Positions 62,933-64,000 of a stretch of DNA of 64,000 nt are shown here, one piece after another (position 1 is the first letter of the stretch; every line of letters starts with the position of its first letter). Source of the DNA: an uncultured Alphaproteobacteria bacterium (GTDB lineage: Bacteria > Pseudomonadota > Alphaproteobacteria > HIMB59); NCBI GenBank assembly GCA_902621205.1, contig CACNLH010000007.1, positions 7,381-71,380 of the forward strand, in the 5' to 3' direction. Both the position numbers and the translations under genes were made by a program. The notes beneath the pieces are model-generated. The model did not search any database. It saw nothing but the letters and a program-made list of their open reading frames with translations, and was not told the DNA's origin.

Positions 62933-64000
62933 TTATTGAAGAAGTTTTAGAGTTTTTTTCAAAGAGTCTATGAAATGATCAATATCATTAAGATCGTTAT
63001 AAATACCAAAAGAGACTCTGCAAGAACCAGGGATACCTAACTTTTTCATAAATGGTTGGCAACAATGGTGACCTCCTCTAATCATAATTCCATACTGGTC
63101 AAGAAAAGTGGCAATATCATTAAAATTTTGGTTTTTAATATTAAAAGAAACAATGGATGTAGCATTTCCATCTTCATTAGAGCCATATATATCTACTTCT
63201 TTGAATTCACGTAAAGCTTCAATTAATGTAGATCTAAGTTTTTTTTTCATTCAGAAAATAGTCTTGGTAATTATTATTATTCAAATATTCCATAGCTGTT
63301 TTGAAGCCAATTGCTGCCTCAATTGAAGGCGTACCCGGTTCAAATTTATTAGGTAACATAGCATAGGAAAAATGATTTGATGAAACTTCATTGATCATCC
63401 CTCCTCCAAGTGTTGGAGGATTTAATTTATTTAATATATCTTCTTTACCATACATAATTCCAATACCAGATGGACCATAAAGTTTATGAGATGAAAAAGA
63501 GTAAAAATCACAATCCAAATCTTTTACGTCAATTTTTTAAGTGTGCAATTGATTGACAACCATCAACGGCAACATAAGTATCTTTATTAATTGATTTTTT
63601 AATCTTTTTAATATCAAGTATTTGGCCAGTTACATTTGACATGTGTGTTAAAGAGAGAACCTTTGTGGAGTCATCACAATTATTAATGATATCATCTTCA
63701 GATAAAATGCCATCTTTCGAAATAGGAATTATTTTTAATTCTAAACCTAATTTTTTACATAAGTTCATCCAAGGCAAATAATTTGAGTGATGTTCTAATT
63801 CAGTTACAACAATCTTATCGCCCTCTTTAAGATGTTCAGCTAATGAATTAGCTATAATATTTATAGAGTCAGTAGCCCCTCTTGTAAAAATTATCTCATT
63901 TGTAGAATTAGAATTAATAAAATTTTTTGCTACATCTCTAGATTTTTCATATAAATCTGTAGCATCTATACTAAGTGAATTCATTCCTCTATGAACATTT
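62933..64000 (-). CDS. sufS: Cysteine desulfurase SufS (3' part; two +1 frameshifts at 63533-63538 and 63239-63247)
   Basis: NVHRG, EHHSN, VDGCQ, SSHKLYGP, FEPGTP and RGGHHCCQP are spread over three frames that join on removing one A in each run. Confidence 0.92.

Overview
Very AT-rich, gene-dense core-genome segment of a streamlined marine-type alphaproteobacterium. It looks SAR11-like in compactness, but the G-1/C73 tRNA-His and the presence of glnB and glnE argue against Pelagibacter sensu stricto, so an HIMB59/AEGEAN-169-like lineage is inferred. Gene order: secG-tpiA <> ppiD-trpEGDC-moaC-moeA-lexA-gltX-gltA, then a ~42 kb minus-strand block (tRNA-His, tRNA-Leu, tig-clpP-clpX-lon-hupB, tRNA-Val, tRNA-Asp, one accessory gene, nuoA-N, birA-coaX-rnj-proS-lolC/D-dnaE, rpsB-tsf-pyrH-frr-uppS-cdsA-dxr-bamA-lpxD-fabZ-lpxA-lpxI-lpxB), then glnB-glnA >< glnE-dusA <> hisI-thrS, two DMT transporters and the 3' end of a suf cluster. 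No CRISPR, integrase, transposase or prophage is seen. Points of interest: (1) the only accessory gene, a polysaccharide-lyase-like lipoprotein, has no canonical start codon of its own and its frame opens at a TTG inside tRNA-Asp; (2) glnA has motifs atypical for Alphaproteobacteria and abuts a shortened, partly degenerate glnE; (3) five +1 frameshifts, each explained by one extra A in a homopolymer run (frr, clpX, dusA, sufS twice), are most likely sequencing errors.
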